Position numbers and translations under genes: made by a program. 64,000 nt of DNA, from NCBI RefSeq assembly GCF_001194135.2, contig NC_068984.1, positions 114,179,322 to 114,243,321 on the forward strand. The letters are read 5' to 3'. The notes under the pieces were generated by a model. It had not been told where the DNA came from, ran no database searches, and worked only from the letters and a program-made list of their open reading frames with translations. Positions 1-11,850 of this stretch are shown in pieces. Positions within the stretch are counted from its first letter, which is position 1; every line of letters starts with the position of its first letter. Source of the stretch: Octopus bimaculoides (taxonomy: Eukaryota).

Positions 1-52
<52 letters not shown>

Positions 53-90
53 GTGTGTGTGTGTGCATGTGCATTTGTGCATGTGTGTGT
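1..90. repeat. (AT)n / (GT)n microsatellite; similar tracts at 1579-1720, 1926-2100, 2995-3120, 7190-7228, 41030-41078, 45255-45302, 56425-56460 and 59925-59970
   Basis: Directly visible. Confidence 0.95.
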
Positions 91-519
91 ATGTATATAA
101 AAATAATATATTATAGCATAGTTTATTGGAATGTGTAAATATTATAAATTAGATATAGCCCACCCATCTATGCATGTTGCATAACTTAATTTAACAGTGG
201 CTATACTTTCTTAACCCCAAGTGATATACATATATAAGCATCGAAATTACTTGATAAATCAATAATTGCCTCCCCTTAACCACAGATACTCATATCTGTC
301 CCATTCCACTTTATACGTTTCTAACATTCACTGATACAAGTGACACATGGCCCCTTGCAGCATATATCCATTACCTTTTTACTCCGAGTAACAGTTTCTA
401 AATAGCCAGCCTTTGTTTTTGAAAATTAACTGACCGATAGTATAGTCTAATTGTCCAGACTAATCCTACTCCGGACCCAGGGATGTTTCAGGTATACTGC
501 CTACTTATAATAATAAATA

Positions 520-894
520 GTGGAGGCGCAATGGCCCAGTGGTTAGGGCAGCGGACTCGCAGTCATAGGATCACGGTTTCGATTCCCAGACCGGGCGTTG
601 TGGGTGTTTATTGAACGAAAACACCTAAAGCTCCACGAGGCTCTGGCAGGGGATGGTGGCGAACCCTTCTGTACTCTTTCTCTCACTCTTACTTCCTGTT
701 TCTGTTGTGCCTGTAATTCAAAGGGTCAGCCTTGTCACACTGTGTCACGCTGAATATCCCTGAGAACTACGTTAAGGGTACACGTGTCTGTGGAGTGCTC
801 AGCCACTTGCACGTTAATTTCACGAGCAGGCTGTTCCGTTGATCGAATCAACTGGAACCCTCAACGTCGTAAGCGACGGAGTGCCAACAACAAC
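520..894 (+). mobile_element. tRNA-derived SINE family A (GGAGGCGCAATGGCCCAGTGG head, (CAA)n tail)
   Basis: A/B-box-like head, about 375 bp, TSD ATAATAATAAATA. Eleven near-identical copies in the window. Confidence 0.9.
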
Positions 895-1574
895 ATAATA
901 ATAAATAAAACACATACAAAATCAATAAATAATAAATTATAGTCAACTGTTATTACATAGTTCTATAACTACCAGTGTTTCGAATTATATTTCTTACTTT
1001 TCTATTTTATTTTTTGACTTAACCAATTTGCTCATATAGTTATTACATATTTAACCCACGCCTTCCCTCCATATACAGGAATGTAACACTAAATATTATA
1101 ACTACCCCTATTCTATTTCTAATTTCTAGTCAGTCGGATGTTTCACAGTGGGTCAGCATGGAACATCAACTGATTATCCCTGTTCTCACTTTCTCCTTTT
1201 TCTTTTTGTCTATTTTATTTACTTTTCTGCTTTAATTCAAATTGGTATAACTAATAGCTTACAATAATAACTATTATTATCATTGTGGTGGTTAAACCGG
1301 AGAATCATGGTAATGGAAACAGCTGTAAGTTGAGATTCAATCTTTTCGTAATTAATTAACAAATGATAATTGATGTAAATCAATTGTTATTCATCAACTG
1401 TATCACCATTTTCTGATTTCCTTGAATATTGATAAACATTAGTTTATTTTTGTCATTACCTATCATTTATGAGTATAAATATCAATGCTCATGATTAAAT
1501 ATAGGTAATATACTAGTGGATTCATTGGATACAAGTATCCCTTAGACGGTTGTTATAATCTCTAACTTAACTCA

Positions 1575-1637
<63 letters not shown>

Positions 1638-1655
1638 ATATATATATATATATGG

Positions 1656-1706
<51 letters not shown>

Positions 1707-1952
1707 CCTACATATATACACACATATATCCCCGTAACTAACTTAGCCTTTCGGCAAAAGACAATGATAGAATAGGTACTAGGTTTACAAAGAATATATC
1801 CTGTTGTCGATTTGTTCGACTAAAGACGGTGTTCCAGCATGGCCGCAGTCACGTAACTGAAAGAAGTAAAACAATAAAAAAAACTATGCCATTATAATCC
1901 AGAGCAACGCCGGGTATCTCTATTCGTGTGTGTGTGTGTGTATATATTTTTA

Positions 1953-1985
<33 letters not shown>

Positions 1986-2076
1986 ATATATATATGTGTG
2001 TGTGTGTTTGTGCATGCGTCTTTGCACGCGCACACGTATGTCAACACACATGCATCGATATTTTTCTTTCTTACTA

Positions 2077-2107
<31 letters not shown>

Positions 2108-2479
2108 ACGTGCGTGCGGGGTCAGAAATATGTGTGAACATAGTTATGAATCGAATCATGCTTATTCATACAAATACTCATCTAACGCGATACACTTATA
2201 TAAGTTATGTAAATACACTTATATAAGAGTGGACTTATACACATACGCGCGACACACACTCACATACACAACGCATACACACAACCACACACACATCATG
2301 CATGTACGAAAGTAAGTCTTTATTAATATATAATTGATACAAATTTAATTATATCAATGAATTTGCAGTAGCATAATTCCTATCATCAATAAATAGATTT
2401 TATTTTTAAATTCAAAACTACTTTTATAAAGCAACAAACAAACAAAAATACTGTTATTATTGTTTATGTCGTAACTGTT

Positions 2480-2649
2480 GTCATTCATATTCATTTACCA
2501 AGAATCGGGTCACCTATTCTTAGTTCTGGCCCTGTAACATCTTCGCGGTGTGTGCGTGTGACTGTCGCTTCTTCGCTCTCTCCCATTCATTCTTTCATAG
2601 TCAACCTGTTCGTTTTCTCTCCCTCCCACCGTGTGGAATTTCGTTTAAC
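2480..2649 (+). promoter_or_regulatory. Putative DNAJC12 core promoter / 5' UTR
   Basis: Repeat-free, locally CpG-richer and pyrimidine-rich stretch immediately upstream of the ATG. TSS not determinable from sequence. Confidence 0.35.
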
Positions 2650-2727
2650 ATGACCGATGTTTTAAATTATGAATTTAATCCGGATGAGGATTATTACAAA
2701 ATACTCGGATGTCACCAGCTTTCCACG
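2650..2727 (+). CDS. DNAJC12: DnaJ homolog subfamily C member 12, coding exon 1 (MTDVLNYEFNPDEDYYKILGCHQLST)
   Basis: ATG at 2650, 78 nt, donor GTAAGG at 2728. The peptide resembles the DNAJC12 N-terminus (human MDAILNY...EDYYTLLGCDELSS, recalled). Confidence 0.93.
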
Positions 2728-3409
2728 GTAAGGCACTTAGGATTCTAACAACAGGTCCATAGTGTTATTGCGTTAGTTTTGTTAAGGGGAGTATTGTGGA
2801 TGGACTGTTGATTTTGTTCATGTTTTCCCTCTTATCTTTACTTTTATTCAGTGTATGTTTTGGTAAATTTTGATTTACCTGTATTTTTTGGCACGTATTC
2901 GTTTAAGTTATTATTACGCATTTGTTTGGGAAAGAGGGTTGCCTTTTTGATTTTTTAAAAATGGTCTTTTGATCCATATAAGGAATATCAGATATATATA
3001 TATATGTATATATAGGTATACATACATATGTATATACATATATCATGTATGTATATACATATATATTTACGTACATACATACACTATGTTTGTATATATA
3101 CACATACATATGTACAAATGTATATCTATGTAAATCAAAACAACTTATACGGAATCTCTATCTACCAGTGTTTTATAAATGCATTATATATATTATTGTA
3201 TGGGCAAAGAAACGCGAATATCTAATAATAAACTTATAATAAACAATTAATTTGTTTCAAAAATAACGAAAGTAATGTTTATTCAACGAATACGTATTCT
3301 TAAAAGAATGTTGTTTCACTTTCTTGAGAATGAAAATACAAAACGTAATTGCGAATGCAAACTACATGACTTTGTTTTCTTATAACTTCCAGAAAAGTGG
3401 ATATTTTAT

Positions 3410-3610
3410 TATGAAATTTTGTACAAATACGCTTTGGATGGTGTAGATTCCGATTATATCGAAATTTGTTATGAAAGAATTTTCTTGTTTCTGTGTGTGA
3501 GAAGAAGAGTTTCGGAAAATTCACACGAGTTGGCTTTGTTGCCTCGTAACTTTGAGGAAAATGGATATTCTTTAATGAAATGTTCAACAAATACTTTTCA
3601 GGATGTGTAA
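3410..3610 (+). mobile_element. Possible second Penelope-like remnant (RT thumb region)
   Basis: FLCVRRRVSENSHELALLPRNFEENGYS resembles the PLE pattern FLR.RRICS...E...L...F..NGY. Short and weak. Confidence 0.35.
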
Positions 3611-3784
3611 ATTATGATTATAACGGAATTTGACGCGAGAAGAAAAACACTGAGCACACACACATGTACATATTGACACTACTTTTTTTTCGAAACTTCG
3701 AGTTTCCTTTTGTAAAGATATGTGACATGCGTCAGTATGTATGTGTATGAGTCCACCTGTTCGGGTTTTTTTGGGGGGGAGGGG

Positions 3785-3963
3785 GGTAATTTTTCAGATT
3801 AACACCGCACGATCTTCACTAGGGTGTTAGGGTCAGGCTTAGTTTTAGAGTTACGGTTTAGGGTTTTAGGGTTTGGGTTAGGAAATTCCGACCTAACCGT
3901 AACCCTATCCCTAACCCTAACACCCTAGTGAAGATCGTGCGGGTGCTAATCTGAAAAATAACC
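3785..3963. mobile_element. Foldback MITE-like element with opposed TTAGGG / CCCTAA arrays, in DNAJC12 intron 1
   Basis: About 48-bp TIRs GGTAATTTTTCAGATT...AATCTGAAAAATAACC. Degenerate TTAGGG run 3820-3882, then CCCTAA run 3892-3927. No TSD seen. Confidence 0.75.
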
Positions 3964-4624
3964 TTTATTTTTTTCATAACAAATTCCGATACAGTCAGAA
4001 TCTACACTATTTGAAGCGTATTTGTAGAAAATTTCACTAAAATTTATCCATTTTTCTGTAAGTTATGAAAAACAAAAAAAAAAATGTGGAGCGGGGCACA
4101 CAAGTGTAATATATGTATATAGGCAGTTTTGCGAATAAACAAATTAAAGATAACAGCTTGGGTTTGACATACAAATTAAGCCTCCATATCTGCTCCTTGA
4201 TTCCTCTTATAGCCATTCTTTACTCCGCGGATTTAGTCCCTCGTAAAGACATTGCGTGTCCAAGTTTGAATCATTTGAGCGCTACAAAGTATTTTCTATC
4301 CCGAGAATCTCTGGATCTCGTCTGTTGACTATACACACACACACTTTGTATATGTTCGTAAATGCACACCTGTTAAACGCATACCTGTAACTCTAATCAA
4401 GTTATAATTCTACAAGTTTGTGGTATATACTTTTTTCCTTTTTTTAGTTGGGGGGGGGGGAGTGAAGATTCTTAATGTTTGATGTTCTTAATAAGAAATT
4501 TTAAATTTTAAGACCTTTTTTTTTTATCCTTAAAAATTATATTAAATCTTTCGTGAGGAAGAGATTTAACAATCCATGCTTTAATGAAAAAGTACAAATA
4601 CTCTCGCACACACACACACACACA

Positions 4625-4965
4625 CCGTTGAGAAGCTTGCTTCCCAACTATGTGATCTTGGGTTCAGTCCCATTGCACTGCTATTCGGGTAATTGTTTTC
4701 TACTATGGCTCTGGGGCTGACCAAAGCTTTGTAAGTGTGTTGCGTTTCGTCTTGACTTCATGTGCTCTTTGTAATATACTTGTGACTGTCATACAAGCAA
4801 TGTCATTTATTTCCAATATTCTGCGAGAACATGCCAGGCCATGGAAAAATATTGCCTTGCTTGGAAAAAGGCAAGGGCTGGCATTAGGATGGGATTCTGG
4901 CCATAGAAAATTGGCCTCAATATACTCCATCTGACCTATGCAAGCATGGAAAAGTGGACGTTAAA
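4625..4965 (+). mobile_element. CORE-like SINE family C (same head and CORE as B, RTE-type tail ...CATGGAAAAGTGGACGTTAAA)
   Basis: Related copies at about 6770-7190, 17190-17470 plus 17990-18160 (-), 39980-40200 (-), 54000-54360 and 56330-56720. Confidence 0.75.
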
Positions 4966-5353
4966 ATAATATATATATATATATATATATAAAAAGACAC
5001 ACAAAAAAAGAAAATAATGTTAAATGAGTGGAAATTGAACCGGTGAGTGTGTTGAATATTAAGGCAGTATGACCCTTCCCAGACACAGCAAAACTTGTTT
5101 CAACACGCTAGTTCACATAAATAATCTTGCAAACCAGATACAAAAACGAAGTATATATATGTGTAGGTGCAGGAGCGGCTGTGTGGTAAGAAGCTTCCTT
5201 TTGTACCCCATCAAAAACACCCCTTTTTTTAAAATTTAATTTTTTTTCTCTACACAAACCCCCGTGTTTGGCTACGGAGAATACGAATCTGCAAATCCCC
5301 CCCTCCCCCCAAATTCTTCATTTTTAACTTTTTTCAGAATTTTTTTTTTTTTT

Positions 5354-6112
5354 NNNNNNNNNNNNNNNNNNNNNNNNNNNNNNNNNNNNNNNNNNNNNNN
5401 NNNNNNNNNNNNNNNNNNNNNNNNNNNNNNNNNNNNNNNNNNNNNNNNNNNNNNNNNNNNNNNNNNNNNNNNNNNNNNNNNNNNNNNNNNNNNNNNNNNN
5501 NNNNNNNNNNNNNNNNNNNNNNNNNNNNNNNNNNNNNNNNNNNNNNNNNNNNNNNNNNNNNNNNNNNNNNNNNNNNNNNNNNNNNNNNNNNNNNNNNNNN
5601 NNNNNNNNNNNNNNNNNNNNNNNNNNNNNNNNNNNNNNNNNNNNNNNNNNNNNNNNNNNNNNNNNNNNNNNNNNNNNNNNNNNNNNNNNNNNNNNNNNNN
5701 NNNNNNNNNNNNNNNNNNNNNNNNNNNNNNNNNNNNNNNNNNNNNNNNNNNNNNNNNNNNNNNNNNNNNNNNNNNNNNNNNNNNNNNNNNNNNNNNNNNN
5801 NNNNNNNNNNNNNNNNNNNNNNNNNNNNNNNNNNNNNNNNNNNNNNNNNNNNNNNNNNNNNNNNNNNNNNNNNNNNNNNNNNNNNNNNNNNNNNNNNNNN
5901 NNNNNNNNNNNNNNNNNNNNNNNNNNNNNNNNNNNNNNNNNNNNNNNNNNNNNNNNNNNNNNNNNNNNNNNNNNNNNNNNNNNNNNNNNNNNNNNNNNNN
6001 NNNNNNNNNNNNNNNNNNNNNNNNNNNNNNNNNNNNNNNNNNNNNNNNNNNNNNNNNNNNNNNNNNNNNNNNNNNNNNNNNNNNNNNNNNNNNNNNNNNN
6101 NNNNNNNNNNNN
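5354..6112. other. Assembly gap (N); others at 9389-9398, 21400-22128, 41089-41098, 41613-41622, 41973-42935, 44971-45254, 57144-57571 and 59117-59726
   Basis: N runs, most of them bordered by SINEs or microsatellites. Confidence 0.99.
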
Positions 6113-6149
<37 letters not shown>

Positions 6150-6265
6150 ATCCATCCATCCAACAACTTTCTTTCTGTTTGCTAAATCCTCTCACAAATC
6201 TTTGGTCAGCCTGAGGGTATAGTAGAAGACACTTGCCCTAGGTGCCACGCAGTACTACTGAACTG

Positions 6266-6626
6266 TTCAAAGAAGTGGCTTCCTTCTTGCTGCTCTGCCA
6301 TGGTAGCCAAGTTTGCAGAGATACCTGACAGCTGTTCTGGGACTGACATCAACTTGTTCTGCTATGTCAAAGGCCTTGCAACAAAAATTATCCCCCACAC
6401 TTCTCTTAACAAAGCAAAGGGTTCCTGTCAGAGGGTCCTGGTCAACCTGGGTGAGGTGATGTGGACTCCTTCCCCTCTCTGGTGAATTGCATAATCACTC
6501 TATTAACTGTAGAAATCAGAATCCCAAGGTTTTCTCCAGTTTTACACTAAGTCCACCTTCAGATTAACCTACAATATGGCCTCTTTGAAATTCAGACAGT
6601 TCCAAGGTTTCTTTTGTACATGGCAT
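6266..6626 (-). pseudogene. Tc1-like transposase N-terminal (paired-like HTH) remnant
   Basis: Minus strand reads MPCTKETLELSEFQRGHIVG*SEGGLS...STVNRVI...HPG.PG...VSPRTAVRYL.KLGYHGRAARRKPLL, with stops and a frameshift. Confidence 0.75.
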
Positions 6627-7189
6627 GATTAAACAGTCACCTATAGAACCTGAAACATAAAAATGTCAATTAATAAAGGATATAAACCTTTTCAAGTTAA
6701 AATAAGCATAGAACAATGTTTATGGGGTGTCTATTTACTTCTGTCATGTGTGTGTATAAAAACATAGGTGTGGTAGTGCGATGAGAAATTTACTTCCCAA
6801 CCATATAGTGTTGGGTTCAGTCCCACTACATGGTACCTTGGGCAAGTATCTTCTACTATAGCCCTTGACTGACAAAAACCTTGTGAATGGATTTGGTAGA
6901 CGGAAGCTGAAAGAAGCCCATTGTATACGTGTGTGTGTGTATAATACTGTCTCCTTGCTTTGGCTTCATATGATAGTTCTAAACCGAATGTTTCCATCAT
7001 CTAAGTGGTTTCCATTTCCAATCTTCTATACAAACATGTCTAGTCATGGAGAATATTATTTTACTTGGAAATGGGTGAAGGTTGGTGACAGAAAAGGTAT
7101 CTAATTGTTGAAACTCTTCCTCAATAAGTTGTGTCTGACTCATACAAGCAAGGAAAAATAGATGTTAAATAATAATGATGATGACGATG

Positions 7190-7228
<39 letters not shown>

Positions 7229-7309
7229 GTGGGCTTCTTTCAGTTTCCATCTACCAAATTTACTTACAAGTTAATTTGGTTGGTCTGGAGTTATAATCAC
7301 CCTTCTACC

Positions 7310-7920
7310 TGTAAAATTTGCTGAGAAATATCAGAGACTCTCTTGAATATCTTCTGGTGAAGAGATATTTAAATGTGCTGTCAAACTTCACAGTAATGTT
7401 ATAAGCAAAAGAGGCTCTGCTTATAGAATTCAATACATTCCTGAATAAAATACTTCTAAAGCTAACTGCCAGAAGAGGGAAAGTTGTATATTTTCATCCA
7501 CTTTTCAGTTTAAATGTTAGTTCTATTGTTACTTAACCAGTAAACAATTCCCTACTAACCATAAGTTCCATGAGATTTTTATAGGAGTAACGTTATGGTA
7601 AGTTACCACTGTACAGACAATTTCACTTCTCCCTTATCTAAAATTAATTGGAGGAAATTAGCATAGGTAATCATGCATGATGCTTTACCACATAGCAAAT
7701 GCCTTATAGTAATACTTATCCTTCAAGTAGTAAATGCTTTCAAAAGAGTGTAGCTACAGTACAAAATGCTATACAGGCCTCATAAACAACATGTTAAATC
7801 CAGATACAACCAAAAACTTTTTGTTCAGGCATGAAGAGAGAAGAGGCACAACACCACTATCCAAGTATATCTGGGATTTGAAGAATAAATGTATCTTCCA
7901 CTTCAGTATTAATGAATATT
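7310..7920 (+). mobile_element. Penelope-like element remnant (linker plus GIY-YIG endonuclease)
   Basis: Frame-shifted motifs RRGKVVYFHPLFSLNV, RSNVMVSYHCTDN, KCYTGL, KSRYNQ..., FRHEERRGTTPLSKYIWDLKNK. Confidence 0.7.
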
Positions 7921-8158
7921 CTCATTCATCCACATCTTACCCATCATATTGTTAAAATTCTATTCTTATGTATGAGCCACTTCAGTGCTTTTTTGTAGCT
8001 TTATACTTCTGGCACCAACCTGCCCAAGACTTCCCTTGGTTTTATGGTACAAGCTTCCTACTTTAAAGTGATCTAAATTAAAATTTCTCTTCAAAATTTC
8101 ATTCTAATTTATGTTGCAAACATCAGCTTAATAAACAGCAAAATTATTTTGCTCTATT

Positions 8159-8543
8159 ACTCTTTTACTTGTTTCAGTCATTTGACTGTGGCCATACTGG
8201 AGCACCGCCTTTAGCTGAGCAAGTAGACCCTAGGACTTATTCTTTGTAAGCCTCGTACTTATTCTATCGGTCTCTTTTGCCGAACCGCTAAGTTACAGGG
8301 ACGTAAACACACCACTATCGGTTGTCAATCAATGTTGGGAGGACAAACACAGAGACACAAACACACACACATATATACATATATACAACGGGCTTCTTTC
8401 AGTTTCCGTCTACCAAATCCACTCACAAGGCTTTGGTCAGCCCGAGGCTATAGTAGAAGACACTTGCCCAAGGTGCCATGCAGTGGGACTGAACCTGGAA
8501 CCATGTGGTTGGTAAGCAAGCTACTTACCACACAGCCACTCCT
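8159..8543 (-). mobile_element. tRNA-headed CORE-like SINE family B (tail ...CCAGCATGGCCGCAGTCAAATGACTGAAACAAGTAAAAGA)
   Basis: Head GGAGTGGCTGTGTGGTAAG, CORE-like CCTTGGGCAAGTGTCTTCTACTATAGCC, internal (TA/CA)n. Other copies at about 12155-12718, 15906-16338, 28215-28580, 35221-35599, 48608-48938 and 50500-50850; tail-only pieces at 1730-1870, 25112-25300 and 62825-63010. Confidence 0.88.
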
Positions 8544-8840
8544 ATGCCTATTCTTCATTATTTCAGAAGTTTATTGAAATAAGAGGGTATATTTCCACAG
8601 AAATATGGTAACAAAAGGGTTAAGTGACTTTTAATGTAAATAACCCAAGAATATTTTCATATCAAGCTAAACAATATCAGTATTTACAACATTAGCAATT
8701 AAAACAATCTTTTGTTTGTGTGCATGTGTCTGTTTTGCCTAATCAAGCATAATTACAAAATATTTTAAAATTATGTTTACATTATATGTCCCTTTTCTCT
8801 ATAATGTTTCATCAAACATTTTTTTTTTTCTTTTCTGCAG

Positions 8841-8919
8841 ATAGAGCAAATCAATGCAGAATATAAAGCACGTGTTTTGTCCTGTCATCCAGACAAACAT
8901 CCCGATGACCCACAAGCTG
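8841..8919 (+). CDS. DNAJC12: DNAJC12 exon 2 (IEQINAEYKARVLSCHPDKHPDDPQA), J-domain HPD motif
   Basis: Polypyrimidine tract plus CAG acceptor ending 8840, 79 nt, donor GTGAGA at 8920. Phase 0 in, phase 1 out; CHPDKHP motif. Confidence 0.95.
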
Positions 8920-9065
8920 GTGAGAATATAATACATATTCACTACTTATACTCATATACATATAATGTTATTCTTTAACTTTCTCAGTGGTTTCAGTCAG
9001 TTCACTGTGGCAATGTTGAGGTACCATTTTCAAGGGTTTAAGTTGATTACAAGAAAACTGGTACT

Positions 9066-9388
9066 TTGTTGTTGGCACTTCGTCGCTTACGACGTCGAGG
9101 GTTCCAGTTGATCCGATCAACGGAACAGCCTGCTCATGAAATTAACGTGCAAGTGGCTGAGCACTCCACAGACACGTGTACCCTTAACGTAGTTCTCGGG
9201 GATATTCAGCGTGACGCAGTGTGACAAGGCTGACCCTTTGAATTACAGGCACAACAGAAACAGGAAGTAAGAGAAAGTTGTGGGGGAAGAGTACAGCAGG
9301 GTTCGCCACCATCCCCTGCCGGAGCCTCGTGGAGTTTTAGGTGTTTTCGCTCAATAAACACTCACAACGCCCGGTCTGGGAATCGAAA
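9066..9388 (-). mobile_element. SINE family A copy (head runs into a 10-N gap)
   Basis: Reverse complement of the family A consensus. Confidence 0.9.
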
Positions 9389-9629
9389 NNNNNNNNNNTT
9401 TTTTTTTTTTTTTTTTTTTTTTGCCTGCATAAGTTCTCTTCTAATAATATCCTTCACTAACGAATTTAGCATTCAGACAAGGGTTCATTAGAGTCAGCTA
9501 TCAGCTGAATGTGAGAGTTATTGAACAGAGACAGTGTAGGATGGGATAGAAAGGACTTTAGTTTTATCCAAGGACATGACAGCATTTCTAGGTCTGGTGT
9601 CATGATAAAGTGCACCTAGTTCACTCTGT

Positions 9630-10016
9630 CTGGAGGCGCAATGGCCCAGTGGTTAGGGCAGCGGACTCACGGTCATAGGATCGCGGTTTCGATTCCCAGA
9701 CCAAGCGTTGTGAGTGTTTATTGAGCGAAAACACCTAAAGCTCCACGAGGCTCCGGCAGGGGATGGTGGCGAACCCTGCTGTACTCTTCCACCACAACTT
9801 TCTCTCACTCTTACTTCCTGTTTCTCTTGTGCCTGTAATTCAAAGGGTCAGCCTTGTCACACTGCATCACGCTGAATATCCCCGAGAACTACGTTAAGGG
9901 TACACGTGTCTGTGGAGTGCTCAGCCACTTGCACGTTAATTTCACGAGCAGGCTGTTCCGTTGATCGGATCAACTGGAACCCTTTACGTCGTAAGCAACG
10001 GAATGCCAACAACAAC
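9630..10016 (+). mobile_element. SINE family A copy, full length
   Basis: 12-bp TSD AGTTCACTCTGT (9618-9629, 10017-10028). Confidence 0.92.
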
Positions 10017-10499
10017 AGTTCACTCTGTAAATAAATCGGTATAACTGGAAGTGCATCCAGCTGTAGAAATCAAACAAAAAAAAAATAAAGTTTGGAGAGG
10101 AATGAGGAAAGTGCCGTCTCTGATACATCAATAGGGAAATTACTCCAAATAAGATCTGACTTGAACTTTGATGAATCATACAACACATGCTACTATAGAA
10201 ATGAGGGATGATGGTGGTGTTGGTGATGACAACTGTCTACTCATTGTCATCATCATCATCATTTAGCATCTCTTTTCCATGCTGGCATGGGTTAAAAGGT
10301 TTGACTGGAACTGGTAAGCCAGAGAGCTGTACCAGGTTCCAATCTGATTTTGGCTTGGTTTCTACAGCTGGATGCCCTTCCTAGTGCCAACCACTCTAAG
10401 AGTGTAGTGGGTGCCTTTTACATGTCACTGGCACAAGTGCCTTTTAGGTGTCACCGACATGGGTTCCTTTACATGTCACCAGCACAGATGCCTTTTAAG

Positions 10500-10722
10500 A
10501 CGCCAAGGTGGCGAGCTGGCAGAAACGTTAGCACGCTGGGCAAAATGCTTAGCGGTATTTCGTCTGCCGCTACGTTCTGAGTTCTAATTCCGCCGAGGTC
10601 AACTTTGCCTTTCATCCTTTCGGGGTCAATTAAATAAGTACCAGTTACGCACTGGGGTCGATATAATCGGCTTAATCCGTTTGTCCCCTCCGCGTGTAGC
10701 TCCTTGTGGATAGTAAAGAAAT
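10500..10722 (+). mobile_element. SINE family D (GGCGAGCTGGCAGAAACGTTAGC head) nested in an RTE-type repeat
   Basis: 19-bp TSD AGCACAGATGCCTTTTAAG (10481-10499, 10723-10741). Decayed relatives near 16790-16985, 24800-24950 and 49660-50070. Confidence 0.85.
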
Positions 10723-10829
10723 AGCACAGATGCCTTTTAAGTGTCAGAGTTAAACCATGCTGACTAAAGTTAGCAACACCCACAGAATTTTAAATTTTCA
10801 CAACACTTCATAAACCTTCTCCATTCTAT

Positions 10830-11110
10830 CAGCATGATCAAGAGACAGGCCAAGGCAAAATATTGGGTGTCAAATAGTATCACAGGTCAAAGGGCCTGGG
10901 GTCATTATGATGTTCAGCAGGCTTATCATCACCATTTTACATCAGCTGTCCATGTGTCTATGTCCTTGCTGCCTTTTGTCAAGAGCTTTCTTTTGATTTT
11001 ACTATATGATGCAAAGGTCCAGCAATTGTTGAGTGACCATTGTTTAATTCTTCAGCAATGTCAAGTCGTTTTGCATGGAACTACTTCAGCTATGAGCCTC
11101 GGTTGTTATC
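10830..11110 (-). pseudogene. Highly decayed mariner-like transposase fragment
   Basis: Minus-strand pieces DIAEELNNGHSTIAGPLHHI and TADVKW resemble the mariner HTH and TGDEKW motifs. Heavily deleted. Confidence 0.4.
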
Positions 11111-11479
11111 AGTCTCAGAATGTCATTCATAGCTTTCTTTATATTCAGATCTCTCTTCTTCACTATCCACAAATGTGGTAATTTTTATGTACACACACAC
11201 ACACACACACACACACACCATTGTTGTCATCATTCTTGCGGCAATTTGTTTCAGTGATGGCATGAGTGAGTTTTATGGAAGCATTGTTCTTCAACCAGAT
11301 GCAACTTTGTGATGCCAACTCTTACTTGTAGTAATAATAAGCTTATAGTATACCATACTCAGTTGCACTACAACTCATCGGAAAAAGAGTAAAAGAGGAA
11401 ATAGCAGTAATTAATCAAAAGTAGATGCCATAGTATGCAGAATAAGACACAAAAAAGATAGGCAATTGAACAATAAAAG

Positions 11480-11850
11480 ACTCATAAAGAAGGAGTGCAT
11501 AAGCATGTTAAATGTAGTATTGGTGAATTTCAAGAAGCATGAAGTTTTAGAAAGACGCAGTGGCCTAACAATTAACAATGAATGTGGGTAGTTTATTCCA
11601 AGTTTCAACAGTTCTGAACTTGGAAAAATGTTTTTGAAAGTCATAGGTGCTGCGTTGTGTTTTTGTTTTGTTTTTTTCATTTTACAAGGAAGTTCATGGG
11701 TGGTAGGTGTATTGAATTCAAAAAGATGACCAAACTTGTTTTTAGGAGAATGGTGGATAGTCTTGTTGGCTTCTGCCAAGTCAACTGTTAGGCATCAAAA
11801 CTTTAGTCCAGAGAAACAAGACATTCAGGATATATCTAAGTGAATTGAAG
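11480..11850 (-). mobile_element. CR1/L2-type LINE 3' remnant
   Basis: Minus strand FRTVETWNKLPTFIVNC*ATASF* matches the CR1/L2 terminal R...WN.LP motif. Confidence 0.55.

Noticed and set aside
520-600. tRNA-like sequence at SINE heads
   Set aside because: Always continuous with the SINE body and lacking a complete cloverleaf 3' end, so not tRNA genes.
1926-2315. ORFs of 69-129 aa rich in C/V/Y/I/H/T (also 2903-3239 and 40875-43111)
   Set aside because: Translations of (GT)n, (AT)n and (CA)n microsatellites; no splice context or homology.
3820-3927. Ancestral telomere-telomere fusion site
   Set aside because: Too short and enclosed by non-telomeric TIRs; a MITE explains it better.
5264-6214. 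Long ORFs spanning N runs (also near 21290, 44886, 57011 and 59043)
   Set aside because: Artefacts of translating assembly gaps.
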